DNA from: Phoronis australis
Lineage: Eukaryota > Animalia > Phoronida
Length of the DNA stretch: 64,000 bases
Reading direction: 5' to 3'
Assembly (NCBI GenBank): GCA_002633005.1
Contig: NMRA01000075.1
Coordinates: forward strand, 189,615 to 253,614
Position numbers and translations under genes: made by a program
In this document: positions 14,301 to 27,094 of the stretch, in pieces
Numbering within the stretch: position 1 is the stretch's first letter
Layout of the letters: each line of letters opens with the position of its first letter
The notes under the pieces: generated by a model
Database searches by the model: none
What the model was told of the DNA's origin: nothing
Seen by the model: the letters and a program-made list of their open reading frames with translations, nothing else

Positions 14301-15857
14301 TGACATGGGAGGCAACTTCTGTCATATCACCCCAAATCATGTGGTCTGGCGTAATTGCAAAAATAATCGAAAAAAAAATTCGTTATTTTTTATAAAACTG
14401 CCATGTCTGGAATGCTGCATGGTAATTAGATAGTTGAGGTGGCTAAAAGTTTGAGGAGATGGCAATGATATCCGTTGGGCACTGAGTATGAACTATAGTC
14501 AGACTGCTGATCATAATTATCAGCCTGATATAAATTCACTTCAACCAAGATTATGGTGTGTTTGGTAATACACGGCCAGGTAAAATTATCATTTTTTAGA
14601 TACAAACAATTGCCAAATTTGCCCTTACTCCATTTTCTGAAAAATGTATGTTTAATGCTCAATAAAAACATAAAATTGGAAAAACGCTATCACTTGATGC
14701 TACTGGTTTCTTTTTGTGTAAAAATTTGAGAGCAAAAAGTCAATTTTTGCCATCTTGTGAAATGAAGGTAAAAATTTTACCACGTAAAGAAAGGATTGAC
14801 AGAGATAATTACCTTTTTCTGTTTTGCGAAGTGTTGATAGACATTCTTCATGCCAAATAGGGAATCATACTTAAACCAAGTCTTAATTGACCTATCGCCA
14901 GGATTTTGAGCAACTGATTAACTGACCATTTAGAACGAATCATTATTGACACAACTTCGTTTCCAAGCCACCATTTTACCCGACAAACAACACGTTGCCG
15001 GGTAAAACTTATTCTTTGTTAGTTGACATTACACAAGGGGACGGAGCTTGCGATTGGTCAATAACATAGGAGGCAGTGGGGCCAAGTCTGGGGGTGCTTG
15101 CTTGCTTTACTGAAGGTCGTGGGTTCGAGTCCCACTGAATCACACTGCTAGACCCTTGAGTCGGGTTTCAAGCTCCTCAGCTCGGTTTTAACTATATATT
15201 AATAAATATGGTTCCAGGTGATCTGTGCAATGGGCCCACATGCGTGGCCTGCGCACGTCTGGTACGTACGTGTATCAGACCGGCTGCAATTATTTTTTAT
15301 TATTAAAATCATGATAATATAAACAATACATATGTCACAAATTCATTTAAGCCTGTGTTTAGTTTGCAATTTGGACTCATAAGGAACTCTTGCTTCAGGT
15401 CATCAAGAAAAGCCTCCGTTTGGTCTGCAAATGTCATGGCATCAGTGGCTCATGCTCACTCAAGATCTGCTGGAAAATGCTTACTGACTTCCACGTGATT
15501 GGCAAGAAGCTCCAGCAGAGATACAATGGGGCCAGTCAGGTTAAACTGAATAAAAAAGGCAAGAGGCTGAAACCAGTAGATGACAAGCTGAAAAAGCCGA
15601 AGAAAGCTGATCTGGTGTACTTGGATAAGTCACCAGACTACTGTGAGCCGGATGCCAAAAGTGGCTCACTGGGGACGCACGGACGCCGATGCAACATGAC
15701 CAGCCTCGCTATGGACGGCTGTCAATTAATGTGTTGTGGGAGGGGTTACTATACAGTGGAGGAAGAGGTTATTGAGGAAGACTGTCATTTTGAGTACTGC
15801 TGTCGAGTGGTGTGCGTGCCCCGTCCCATTAAAGTGGAGTTCCATTATTGTAACTGA
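8384..15857 (+). CDS. WntA: Wnt family ligand, most likely WntA (5' signal-peptide exon not located)
   Basis: Exons 8384-8631, 11881-12012, 13515-13648 and 15399-15857 have GT-AG ends and consistent phases. Spliced protein contains ECQVQFKAWRWNCS, REKAFVHSI..TRACASG..CGC, FEWGGCSHD, MMNKWNNKAGR, CKCHGISGSCSLKICW (acylated Ser intact), DLVYLDKSPDYC and GCQLMCCGRGY. Wnt identity is clear. The WntA call rests on recalled similarity (WNN instead of HNN, EWGGCSH) and needs a phylogeny. Confidence 0.85.
14886..15062. mobile_element. Small MITE (ATTGACC...GGTCAAT termini), copy 1
   Basis: Short terminal inverted repeat; diverged inverted copy at 41549-41720; internal TTTACCCG/CGGGTAAA hairpin. Confidence 0.65.
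15070..15180 (+). mobile_element. tRNA-derived SINE head (degenerate)
   Basis: B-box GGTTCGAGTCCC at 15122-15133 with a weak A-box-like segment upstream; no full cloverleaf. Confidence 0.4.
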
Positions 15858-17645
15858 GGCTTGGCAGAAATGAATGGCAATTTAAAGGTTTTGAACGCAA
15901 CGACTGCAGATTGTGATCATAAAGAACAACGCTAATGTTAGTCAAAATCTGATGACCTATGAAGACAGATCCAATTTAAAAAATCATCCAGTATATTTTT
16001 CGTCAAATTATAATGGAAACCTGAATACTTGTGTCTAGTTTACGAGATCGATGCGTCATGCTTCTACTGGGCCTTTACTGATGGTTTTAGACCGTTGTAC
16101 GGGGCGTTGCTTAAAGTGACATTAAACCTGTGTGCTTTCTGTCAAGAAGTGTTGATTTAGGCCACTTACTGTCATGAAATTCTCACGAAATTTTCCTTAG
16201 CCAAAACAGGTGTGATCTCTGGACTTGAAAAGAACACACAGGCACTTGAAATTTCCATACTCGGAAGAAATAACTATCAGTGTCCCTGTGCTCAGAGGTC
16301 ACCTCTTAACTGAGTAAGAAATTTAGGATAAGACCACTTTTATAATGGTGAGCCCCAACCAAAACTATGGCTTTAAAAAAGCACACAGTTTAATGCCACT
16401 TTACGAGGATATAGACCCGACCTCCATCACAAAAAAATAACTTTAAATTTAGACTACTTATACTGTTATGAAATTGGTCTCAAATTTTCCTTAGTCAAAC
16501 AGGATACAATTTCAGGAATTCGAAAGACTGACAGTTTGTTATTATTGTCTGAGATCAAGCTTTATGGGTAGGCCTGTCACAGCGTGTCATTTTGTATGCA
16601 GAGCATGGCCTTGAAGAATAGCGATTAATGGTCTGCAACTGGGAAATTCCTTGTCCTGAGTAATACATGAAACCGGTTTCATAGTGATTTAAGTGGAGTA
16701 AATCACACGTTTGCTTCTTGGACATAACACGGGTTCATAAAACTGCTTTATCTTTTATCCATGATCAGCCTCTATTCAGACTTCCCCTGTGTGCTGAGCT
16801 AAGTGGGTCACCACTACAGATTCTGTAAACTCGCCCACAGCACTGAATGGGATAATATTAGCTTGGCCAGTGAACTCACCCACAGCAAGATAAGGGTTAA
16901 ACAGTGATCAGTGATTAATGAGAAACGTTTGTCAACAAGTGGACAATATGAAAACCAAATTACCTCTTCGCATAGTGATTATCAAAAATGAAAAAAAATA
17001 TCAAAATTACAATACTGCAGTCCTCTACAATGTATAGTATGAAATTGTGGTGGGCAGCGTCTTTGTCTTCATTATGAAGACAGTCGGATGGCATTACATG
17101 GAATCTCGTGGTACTTTTGTTTCAGACAGAATTTGCAGTATTGGTCTGCACAGGTGTTTTGGGAGTAATCAGGAGTGGAGTGTTCAGGGATGTTGTAACG
17201 TGGTTCTAAAACTGTATTACGTTCAGCTGAGGATGCACTGAGCTTGTTTGTCTGATATGGTAATTGTATGGAAGCACCTGCTGGTATGAGGCTACCAAAT
17301 CACTTAAGAACACTCATGCCTAAGCTGCACAAGTCTCCATTGGTCAGTGTTGATAATTACTTTTGATACATCTCATAACAGTATTACAGAAATGTATGAA
17401 AGGATGTAAAAAGGTCGCAAAGGTAGTTGTTACGTTCAATTCACCATAAAGTTGAGAGTGGTAAAGAAACCTGTTGAACATTATAAATTAGTGGTTCTCA
17501 AGCACTGTTGTTGAAATACCAATTTGAATTTTTAGGACAAGCAACTCATTTGTCATAACCACAAATGTTCGAGTTCTAGTTACGTTGGAGTCATCTACTG
17601 CTATCTGGGACCCAGTCTTGTGAAACACGGACAAATATTTCCCCG

Positions 17646-20600
17646 ATAAATTTCAACTCTTGACACTGAGAGACCGGAATTCAAACGCAGGTATGAACCT
17701 GTTCGATTGTCTGAAATGACACACCTACACAATACGATACACAGGCTGATAGCATTCATGATAATACTATGGTGGTTCGTGTGCATATCTGCAGTAAGCA
17801 TAATGTACAATGGAACGGGCCTTTTTTCAAATGCAATTTTCAAATACCAGTGACAATATTTAGATAGTTTCACTGTAATAATTGTCTTAGTCAAAAGTAC
17901 CATTATTTATTAGGACCACCTAGTGAATGAATGTAAAGTCACAGTTGAACTGGACTGCCTGTTACCATATACTTTATGACAGGTTTTGTAATTGAATAAT
18001 CATGCAATTAAAATTAGGTCGCTGTGATTACTATATAGAAACCAGAGTGATAGCAATTTGGATAGTACATGGTCATGTCAGAGCTGCTGCTGTGCAGACT
18101 GTAATTTAATTTGTTTTGGGTCCCTCGTTTAATTTTCTTCGAATGAAAATGCTTCAAAGTTCAAGTGAGTTACATCTTGACTTGATTAAAGTATCATTTC
18201 AAGAAACTAGGTTTACGCTTCAGAATTTTGCACTTAAGGTAAATAGTCACCTCATCCGCTAGACATTTAAATATTGGTCCCGTAATCAGTGTTATTACAG
18301 CATTCATAATATTATAGATTATTATTTTTATAAGACTGTACAGAATTGAAACACAAGCTTATGTTATTCCCAGTGAAAATAAACTGCTTTAATGTATGAC
18401 GGGCAACATATTAATAATCCTGGAACATTGAAGTACATATTAGCAAACATGTATTTAGCAGTTATCAAAGTTCTTTGATATTGTGTAATATTTATTTACC
18501 ATTTGTTGTTTGTATATTGAGGTGTATGTAACACTTTTATAGATTGAAAAACATGAAAATAAATATGGTAGGCCTACATATGGGCAGACTGCTAACATTA
18601 TGAAACACTATTAGATGGTTCAGTGAGATCTACACAATAAAAGCTAACCATTGGCGATGGTGTACTAATTTATATTAGACTTTCCATCAGAAGAGCTCAC
18701 GAAATTAAAAACGCATTATCATTTTATGAAAGCCACAGTCAGGGCTTTGTTTGAAAATAATGGTTTAATTGCGTGGTTTGCCATGGTTGCTTGTCATCAG
18801 GTTCATTTGGTATGGTGAGTTGGCATTCCTAATTATATGTGAAATCAGTATAGTTTGGTAGCAGCTCCTCATTAACGCAAATTTGATTGAAAACACGAAT
18901 GAACTTCCTGTTGCACAGGTTGATATACATTCACTCGTACTCTGTACATGTGTCTGAGGGTGAGATATGTGCTCTTAAAATATAACTACTGTTTGTTTGA
19001 AATGTCTATTGGCAGTTAACTCTACAACTGCGCACTGCAAGGTCGGAAATTGTACATAGTAGGAGCGAGTGTATACCAAGCTGTGGAACAGAAATTGCAG
19101 TTGTTGCATTTTCAATCAAAAAATTATGTATAACACCAAGGACTAACTGGATTTCATTGATTGCTTCAACGAGAGGATTCACAGCTGCTGACTTGCTTCA
19201 ATCAATAATCTAGTTTTCAGTTTCCACGCAGAGCCAGTTTTAATTAATTTAGAATGGAACCATTTTTTTATTTTAATTGGGCAAGTCAGCGTCCCGTACG
19301 ATGAAAACCATTGACTGAAATAAGTTCACGGATTGGTTCAAAAGAAGAATCACAGCAGCTAATTAGATTTATTTCACCGTGAAGTCTGTGATTTTGGTTT
19401 GACCTCATTAGTTTTCCATTCTGCTTTAAATATGAATCACATCTGCTTTAATTGAAGATGCCATCAATCCAACTTCTGTCAAAAACCTAACGCGAATTGG
19501 TCACTTGATTTTGCAGCTTGACCTAATTACCAAGCAGAGGACCATAGGCGGGTCCAGGGGATCGAGTCAAGGGGGTCCGTACACCCCTTTCCCTAGATTT
19601 TAGTGATGTCAAATATTGAATTTTTCAACTAATGACTTCGACCTTTCTAATTAAAAAAATCCTTGATCTGCCCCCCCTTTAAAAATCCTGGATATGCCGC
19701 TGAACACTTCATCTGAAAGTACCAGGATATTTCCGTTGACTCGAGATGCACTTGAGGCAAGAAACCTTCACTTTTGGAAGGGAAAATGTGAATTTTGTCC
19801 AATAACCAAACAATCAGTTTTGTGGTGGCCATGAACTTGACAGGGTATGTAAGATACCGAACAGTCAGGGAAAACTCACCTGATGTTGATGTGTTACTTA
19901 CTCACGTGATCGTTGTATCTACGAAACGCACCCATGGTCTTGAAACCAGCACAATTCCAAATGCATGATGTAATGCAAATGATTGTCATGAAAATGCAGC
20001 GAGGACAAAAAAAAAACACACAAAAAAAAAAACGCCGGGTATTTTTAGTAAATCTATTGTCCATCAGACTTANATAAATTTCAACTCTAGACACTGAGAG
20101 ACCGGAATTCAAACGCAGGTATGAACCTGTTCGATTGTCTGAAATGACACACCTACACAATACGATACACAGGCTGATAGCATTCATGATAATACTATGG
20201 TGGTTCGTGTGCATATCTGCAGTAAGCATAATGTACAATGGAACGGGCCTTTTTTCAAATGCAATGTTCAAATACCAGTGACAATATTTAGATAGTTTCA
20301 CTGTAATAATTGTCTTAGTCAAAAGTACCATTATTTATTAGGACCACCTAGTGAATGAATGTAAAGTCACAGTTGAACTGGACTGCCTGTTACCATATAC
20401 TTTATGACAGGTTTTGTAATTGAATATCATGCAATTAAAATTAGGTCGCTGTGATTACTTTATAGAAACCAGAGTGATAGCAATTTGGATAGTACATGGT
20501 CATGTCAGAGCTGCTGCTGTGCAGACTGTAATTTAATTTGTTTTGAGTCCCTCGTTTAATTTTCTTGAACGAAAATGCTTCAAAATTCAAGTGAGTTACA

Positions 20601-22512
20601 TCTTGACTTGATTAAAGTATCATTTCAAGAAACTAGGTTTACGCTTCAGAATTTTGCACTTAAGGTAAATAGCCACCTCATCCGCTAGACAACATTTAAA
20701 TATTGGTCCCATAATCAGCGTTATTACAGCATTCATAATATTATAGATTATTATTTTTATAAGACTGTACAGAATTGAAACACAAGCTTATGTTATTCCC
20801 AGTGAAAATAAACTGCTTTAATGTATGACGGGCAACATATTAATAATCCTGGAACATTGAAGTACATATTAGCAAACATGTATTTAGCAGTTATCAAAGT
20901 TCTTTGATATTGTGTAATATTTATTTACCATTTGTTGTTTGTATATTGAGGTGTATGTAACACTTTTATAGATTGAAAAACATGAAAATAAATATGGTAG
21001 GCCTACATATGGGCAGACTGCTAACATTATGAAACACTATTAGATGATTCAGTGAGATCTACACAATAAAAGCTAACCATTGGCGATGGTGTACTAATTT
21101 ATATTAGACTTTCCATCAGAAGAGCTCACGAAATTAAAAACGCATTATCATTTCATAAAAGCCACAGTCAGGGGCTTTGTTTGAAAATAATGGTTTAATT
21201 GCGTGTTTTGCCATGGTTGCTCGTCATCAGGTTTATTTGATATGGTGAGTTGGCATTCCTAATTACATGTGAAATCGGTATAATTTCGTAACAGCCCCTC
21301 ATTGACGCAAATTTGATTGAAAACACGAATGAACTTCCTGTTGCACAGGTTGATATACATTCATTCATACTCTGTACATGAGTCTGAGGGTGAGATATGT
21401 GCTCTTAAAATATAACTACTGTTTGTTTGAAATGTCTATTGGCAGTTGACTCTACAACTGCGCTCTGCAAGATCGGAAATTGTACATAGTAGGATCGAGT
21501 GTATACCAAGCTGTGGAACAGAAATTGCAGTTGCATTTTCAATCAAAAAATTATGTATAACACCAAGGACTAACTGGATTTCATTGATTGCTTCAACGAC
21601 AGGATCCACAGCTGCTGACTTGCTTCAATCAATAATAATACAGTTTTCAGTTTTCACGCAGAGCCATCTTTGAATACCAGTTTTAATTAATTTAGGATGG
21701 AACCGTTTTATTATTTTAATTGGGCAAGTCAGCGTCCCATATGATGAAAACCATTGACCGAACGGAGTTCACGGATTGCTTCAAAAGAAGAATCACAGCA
21801 GCTAATTAGATTTATTTCACCGTGAAGTCTGTGATTTTGGTTTGACCTAACTAGTTTTCCATTCTGCTTTAAATATGAATCACATCTGATTTAATTGGAG
21901 ATGCCATAAATCCAACTTCTGTCAAAAACCCAACGCGAATTGGCCACTTGATTTTGTGGCTTGACCTAATTACCAAGCAGAGGACCATAGGCGGGTCCAG
22001 GGGGAGTCGAGGGGGTCTGTACACCCCTTTCCCTAGATTTAAGTGATGTCAAATATTGAATTTTTCAACTATTGACTTCAACCTTCCTAATTAAAAAAAT
22101 CCTTGATCTGCTCCCCCCCCCTTTAAAAATCCTGGATATGCCGCTGGAGACTTCATTTGAAAGTATCAAAAGACACTTCCATCGACTCGAGATGTACTTG
22201 AGGCAAGAAACCTTCACTTTTGGAATGGATAATGAGAATTTTGTCTAATAACCAAACAATCACTTTTGTGGTGGCCATAAACTTGACAGGGTATGTAAGA
22301 TCCCGAACAGTCAGGGAAAACTCACCTGATGTTGATGTGTTACTTACTCACGTGATCGTTGTATCTACGAAACGCACTCATGGTCTTCAAACCAGCACAA
22401 TTCCAAATGCGTGATGTAATGCAAATGATTGTCATGAAAATGCAGCGAGGACAAAAAAAAAACGAAAAAAAACGCAGGGTATTTTTAGTAAATCTATTGT
22501 CCATCAGACTTA
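17646..22512. repeat. 2.4-kb tandem duplication joined at a single N (likely allelic contig overlap)
   Basis: Copy 1 17646-20072, N at 20073, copy 2 20074-22512; near-identical with scattered SNPs and small indels. Confidence 0.9.
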
Positions 22513-22676
22513 ATGTCACTCTTCACCACATGAGCAAAAACACCAACCTCTTGGGAGCTTGACAAATTTGGGGAAAATTGACAAAAATAAGACAGACACA
22601 CAGAGCAGATATGGCTATGTATATATTATCAACAACTTTCAATGTAAAACAATCATAAATACAGTGTAAATAGGAG

Positions 22677-22896
22677 AAAGTTGAAAATGAAAACTGAGAC
22701 ACGATTCATGATCCAATAGTCAACGTTTCGGTTCATTGACGTAAAACCGTTATCAGGAAACAACGTCACTAACCGGCAATACAACCAAAATACTAAATGA
22801 ACATCACAATGCAAGAGTAGTACTGGTAAGTGACAAGATAGTGATCACTTGACTACTTGGATCATGGATAGCGTCTCAGTTTTCGCTTTGAACTTT
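22677..22896 (-). mobile_element. Penelope-like remnant with inverted repeat and degenerate minimal hammerhead core
   Basis: Inverted repeat 22677-22723 / 22849-22896. On the - strand 22757-22721 reads CCTGATAAC-GGTT...AACC-GAAACGTTG (hammerhead core with one substitution). Confidence 0.55.
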
Positions 22897-23938
22897 ATCC
22901 TGTTACTAAGACCAAAAACTAGTGTTACTCGCAGTGAGAATAATCTCAACAATGAGAGACTTTTAGGAAACAAAATTGGAGGCTGGTCACATGATACCAG
23001 TAACTCTTGGTGCTACCTGACTCTACAAGGAGCTACTTCACTTCCACAGTGGGTAGCAAAGGGAACATGGTTGAATGTATGTAATATGTGATTGCACATG
23101 ATGGATTTAAACAAAAGTGATATTCCCCCCTCATCCAATAGATGACACTAGTACCTGGTTCCATGTGATCAGTTGCCATGTTGCTACTTGAAAGTGTCCC
23201 TTCCACAATTATACAAGTGCACAAAATGGAACATTGCTTAGCTTTGTGAAAATAGCCTCTTCTGTAGATTACAAGGTGAATTATATGAAACTCATTCCAC
23301 AACCCAGTGAGCTAAGTTGTCTTCCTTTTAAGCATTCAAACACATTCAACAGCTGTTCAAGGATCAGAGAAAAGGATAAAACTTGACAATGAATCCCCAA
23401 TCAGTTCTCACATTTGTTCATCCTCTTATTCATAATTTATTAATTAAGAATTATAAACAACTAATTCAATAATCTAAATGATTAAGGGATCTAATTGGCA
23501 CATTTAACACGGAACAAAATGCTTGCCCCAGTAATTATTCAGAGAATAATTTCTTTTACAATTCGAGACTTGGGAAATAAATAAGGGTGTTGTTTACAAC
23601 CCTCCATTCAATATCAAGCAATGAGAGTGACAACAGATGGCATTCCCAACAACACACTCGCCAAAATACCCAGCAAAACCTTTGTCTTCTTCCCATACTC
23701 AGCCTACATTGCAGAGACTGGTACAAAATTATGACACCTGCTTGTTAATAGGTTAATCACGAATGAGGTTGCCATTGGTTAAACCTTATTGTTGCAGATT
23801 GTTTACGTGGAATTACCAGTGAATTAACCCTATACGACCTACGGTATCATATCTGATACCAGAACTTCAAAGGAAATCAAAATTCTGTAAATAATGCCAA
23901 GTTCTCTGAAATTAGACAAGGAATTTCATTGAGACCTG

Positions 23939-24339
23939 GGCCCGGTCTCTAATCTTTGTACTCGAAACGAACTCGAAACTATTTTTGGCAATTTCTCTGC
24001 TCCTTTTGTGCGAACTTAAGACAATTGGTTATCAGACTATGCTCGAATACATTATAGTTTATGCATAGGAGTTTCTAGTTCAAGTTTGCCCTTGAAGACC
24101 CTTATATTCGTGTTACAAACTCGAGTAAAAACTCGAAATTTCGAGTTCAAATTCGAACTTATTGCTTTAATATTGGGTTTACAAACTGTGAACTAAGGGC
24201 AATAAATTATCTACGTAAGTTATTGTGTACTCGAGTATAGAATAATAGACACTTATCTTGAGTTCGCCCAAAAGTAGAGTAGAGAATGCCAAACCTAATT
24301 TCGAGTTCCAATTCGAGTAAAAAGATTGGAGACCGGGCC
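23939..24339. mobile_element. PIF/Harbinger-type MITE nested in the piggyBac left end
   Basis: 28-bp TIR GGCCCGGTCTCTAATCTTTGTACTCGAA (2 mismatches) flanked by a 3-bp CTG duplication (23936-38, 24340-42). CWG TSD is known for animal Harbingers. Confidence 0.8.
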
Positions 24340-24888
24340 CTGGGGAATCATATTTGATACCAACAACACTCACATCTACAGGGTACTGGGTGAACTACTC
24401 ACTCAAAGATGGCAGCCTCCATGTGATTGCAATACACACTGTTATACCGGTAAGTTTTTACAAATTTCTTCACTATGTCAGTTTATGTAAATAATACTCT
24501 AAGAAATAGTATTTATTTATTTTGAAACAAATAATTGAACATAGGCAGCTGTGGAATTTTGTTTTTAACGGAGTATCTTATGTGATACCTCAGGTCAAGC
24601 AGAATGAGCTGTTGAAGTTGACCTACTTTTCTTTAACTTGACCTAGTTAAGTTTAACTCCATTTTTGTGTGTGCAAACATTATCTTTGAACATTGAAAAG
24701 GTTGTGTGACAAAATTTACTTAATTTTTTGTTGTGTTATGAAGTTTTTATATCATTTTTGGATTACTGAGGCACAGTATTCTGAGAATAATGCTCATTTG
24801 TTTTGTTTGTTTGTGTGGTCTGCATTCTGTTACACAAATATTTGGTGTGCTAATTATATTCTGTCTTTTCAGATCATCTACATTTAAA

Positions 24889-26672
24889 ATGCCTCGCCAT
24901 CCACAGTTCTCACTAGATGATATCATTGACAAGATAGATGATGCAAATGACAGTGATATTGCCGGATTCGACAGTGATTCAGAAGATGAATTTGTGCCCT
25001 CAGAAATTCATGATCAGAATGATGGAGATGGTGAGAGTAGCAGTAGTTCAGATAGTGATCCAGAGGACAATATCCCGTTAATTGCCCTGCCAGGGAACAA
25101 CTTACATCACCAAAGGACTATAGATGGAAAAACAAATCCTTTGTTGCACCCAATGACTTGATTTTTACTGGGAACAGCGACCTGCCAGACCTGCCAACAA
25201 CTGCTCAAGGGGAAGTCACACCGTACCTCTTGTTGAAGATGTTCATTTCAGATGAAATGCTGCAAATGGTGGCATACGAGACCAACAGATATAGTGTTGA
25301 GAAAGATGGAAAGTCTGTAGACACGACACCTACTGAAATAGAACAACTAATTGGAATGATGTTCTTTATGGGGCTGGTGAAAATGCCAAATGTTCGTGCT
25401 TACTGGGAAAGTAATATGTGGCTTGAAGCTGTGGCTGGTGTTAAGTCACGTGACCGATTCTTGAAATTGGTATCGGTAATTCATTTTGTCGACAACAACA
25501 GTGCCACTGACGAAACCAAAGTAGACAAGTTGTGGAAAATACGACCTTGGTTTGAGGCTTTACATGAAAATTTTTTGAAGATCCCACCTAAAGAATGCCA
25601 GTCTGTGGATGAAATAATAATACACTTCAAAGGAAGATCTGGGCTGAAGGTTTACATGCTAAACAAACCACACAAGTGGGGCTTCAAGCTGTGGGGTCGT
25701 GCAGATGCCGACGGGTACATATGCGATTTTGACTTGTATCAACCAACCCGTGCTGGTGAACAAGTATCTGAGCTTGGCCGTTCTGTCGGCGTTGTTGAAA
25801 AGCTTGCCGCCTCTCTGCCAGAAGGCAAAAACTTCAAAGTTTTTGCGGACAACTACTTTTCGTCAGTTGCACTAGCTGAAAAACTAGCCAAGAGACAAAT
25901 ATATTTCATTGGGACTGTGCGCATGAATCGCGTCACAAATTCTAGTCTCCCCGACGACAAAACCATGAAAAAGGAAGCACACGGATACACAACCTCTCAA
26001 GTGGAGGATCAGACCAATGTTGTTTGTGTGCGCTGGCACAATGATAAAGTAGTGTCCTTAATTTCGTCATACATTGGTGTGGAACTGGTAACCAAAGCTC
26101 AACGTTGGAATAAGAAGGACAAGCAGTATGTAGAAATCAACAGGCCGAAGATCATAGAGGAGTACAATAAGTTTATGGGCGGCATTGACCTTCTCAACAC
26201 GTGCACCAACTTGTATAGGTACCCATATAGGTCAAAGCGCTGGTATATGTACTTGTTCTGCCATTCCCTGACTATGGCACTGGTCAACGCGTGGTTTGTG
26301 TTCAGGCGCTTCCATGGTGAGCTTGGCTTGAACACATACATTGCTCACTCGCTCAGAAAGTTCCAGTTGATGTGCGCGAGTTCGCTTACCTCCGCTGGTA
26401 GAGGGAAGAAACGTTCTCAAGGGCGAGTGTCGGTAGAGGAAGCTGCAGAATTACAGATGCAGAATCAGGCATGACGTAAGCAGCGATATGGGATTGCTCC
26501 AGACATCCAGAAGGACGAATTCAATCATTTTCCGAGTTATGGCAACTCACGCCAGAGATGCAAGCTCTGCCCACGCGCGAGAGGCGCATTCTCTTATGTA
26601 AAGTGCATCAAGTACAACGCTCACCTGTGCCTAAACAAAGACCGAAACTGCTTCCTGGCGTTCCATAAATAA
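24889..26672 (+). pseudogene. piggyBac (PGBD-like) transposase pseudogene
   Basis: ATG 24889 with acidic N-terminus, frameshift near 25110-25160, core with SVDE, KPHKWGFK, FADNYFSS and YNKFMGGID. Premature TGA at 26472-26474, then an in-frame Cys-rich tail RCKLC..KCIKYNAHLCLNKDRNCFLAFHK* ending 26672. Confidence 0.93.
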
Positions 26673-27094
26673 GTGGTGGTTTCAAGTACTGACAATCTCT
26701 TGTCTAGTCATGTGGCCTTGTTCTGTCCTGTGACTTAGTTTTGGCGCATGACCTAGTTTTGTTGTCTGACCTAGTTTTTGCTTAGTATTTTTGATGATAC
26801 TTTTAATGAAGGGCCCTTAATTAACAAAGAATTATTGGTTTTGTAGTTGACCAATAAACAAACGATGTTTTTGCCTTCAAGAAGTGTTTTCATTTAATTT
26901 CACTGTAATCATCATCAGCCAATTACATCCCGTGATATCATATATGCTACCAAACCTAATTAGTACCTCATCAAGGACAAAAATTTTTCTTCTAAACTTG
27001 AATTTTCTAATCACTTTGAGATGTTCAATAAGACTTTAACTTTTTTTGCCAAGTTTTTCATGCTCAGGTCCTATAGGGTTAAGTCATTCTATTA

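Larger units (their letters stand above)
23828..27078 (+). mobile_element. Full-length piggyBac DNA transposon (inactivated)
   Basis: TTAA at 23824-23827 and 27079-27082; 13-bp TIR CCCTATACGACCT / AGGTCCTATAGGG (1 mismatch); encloses a piggyBac transposase. Confidence 0.95.

Noticed and set aside
15070-15140. tRNA gene
   Set aside because: B-box present but no acceptor stem or cloverleaf; better explained as a SINE head.
18765-18802. Minus-strand CTGATGA as a third hammerhead (duplicate near 21200-21232)
   Set aside because: No convincing stem II or GAAA core.
17601-20331. Duplicated minus-strand ORFs (100 aa and 145 aa) as paralogous genes
   Set aside because: Products of the N-joined duplication; one reads through the N; no protein features.
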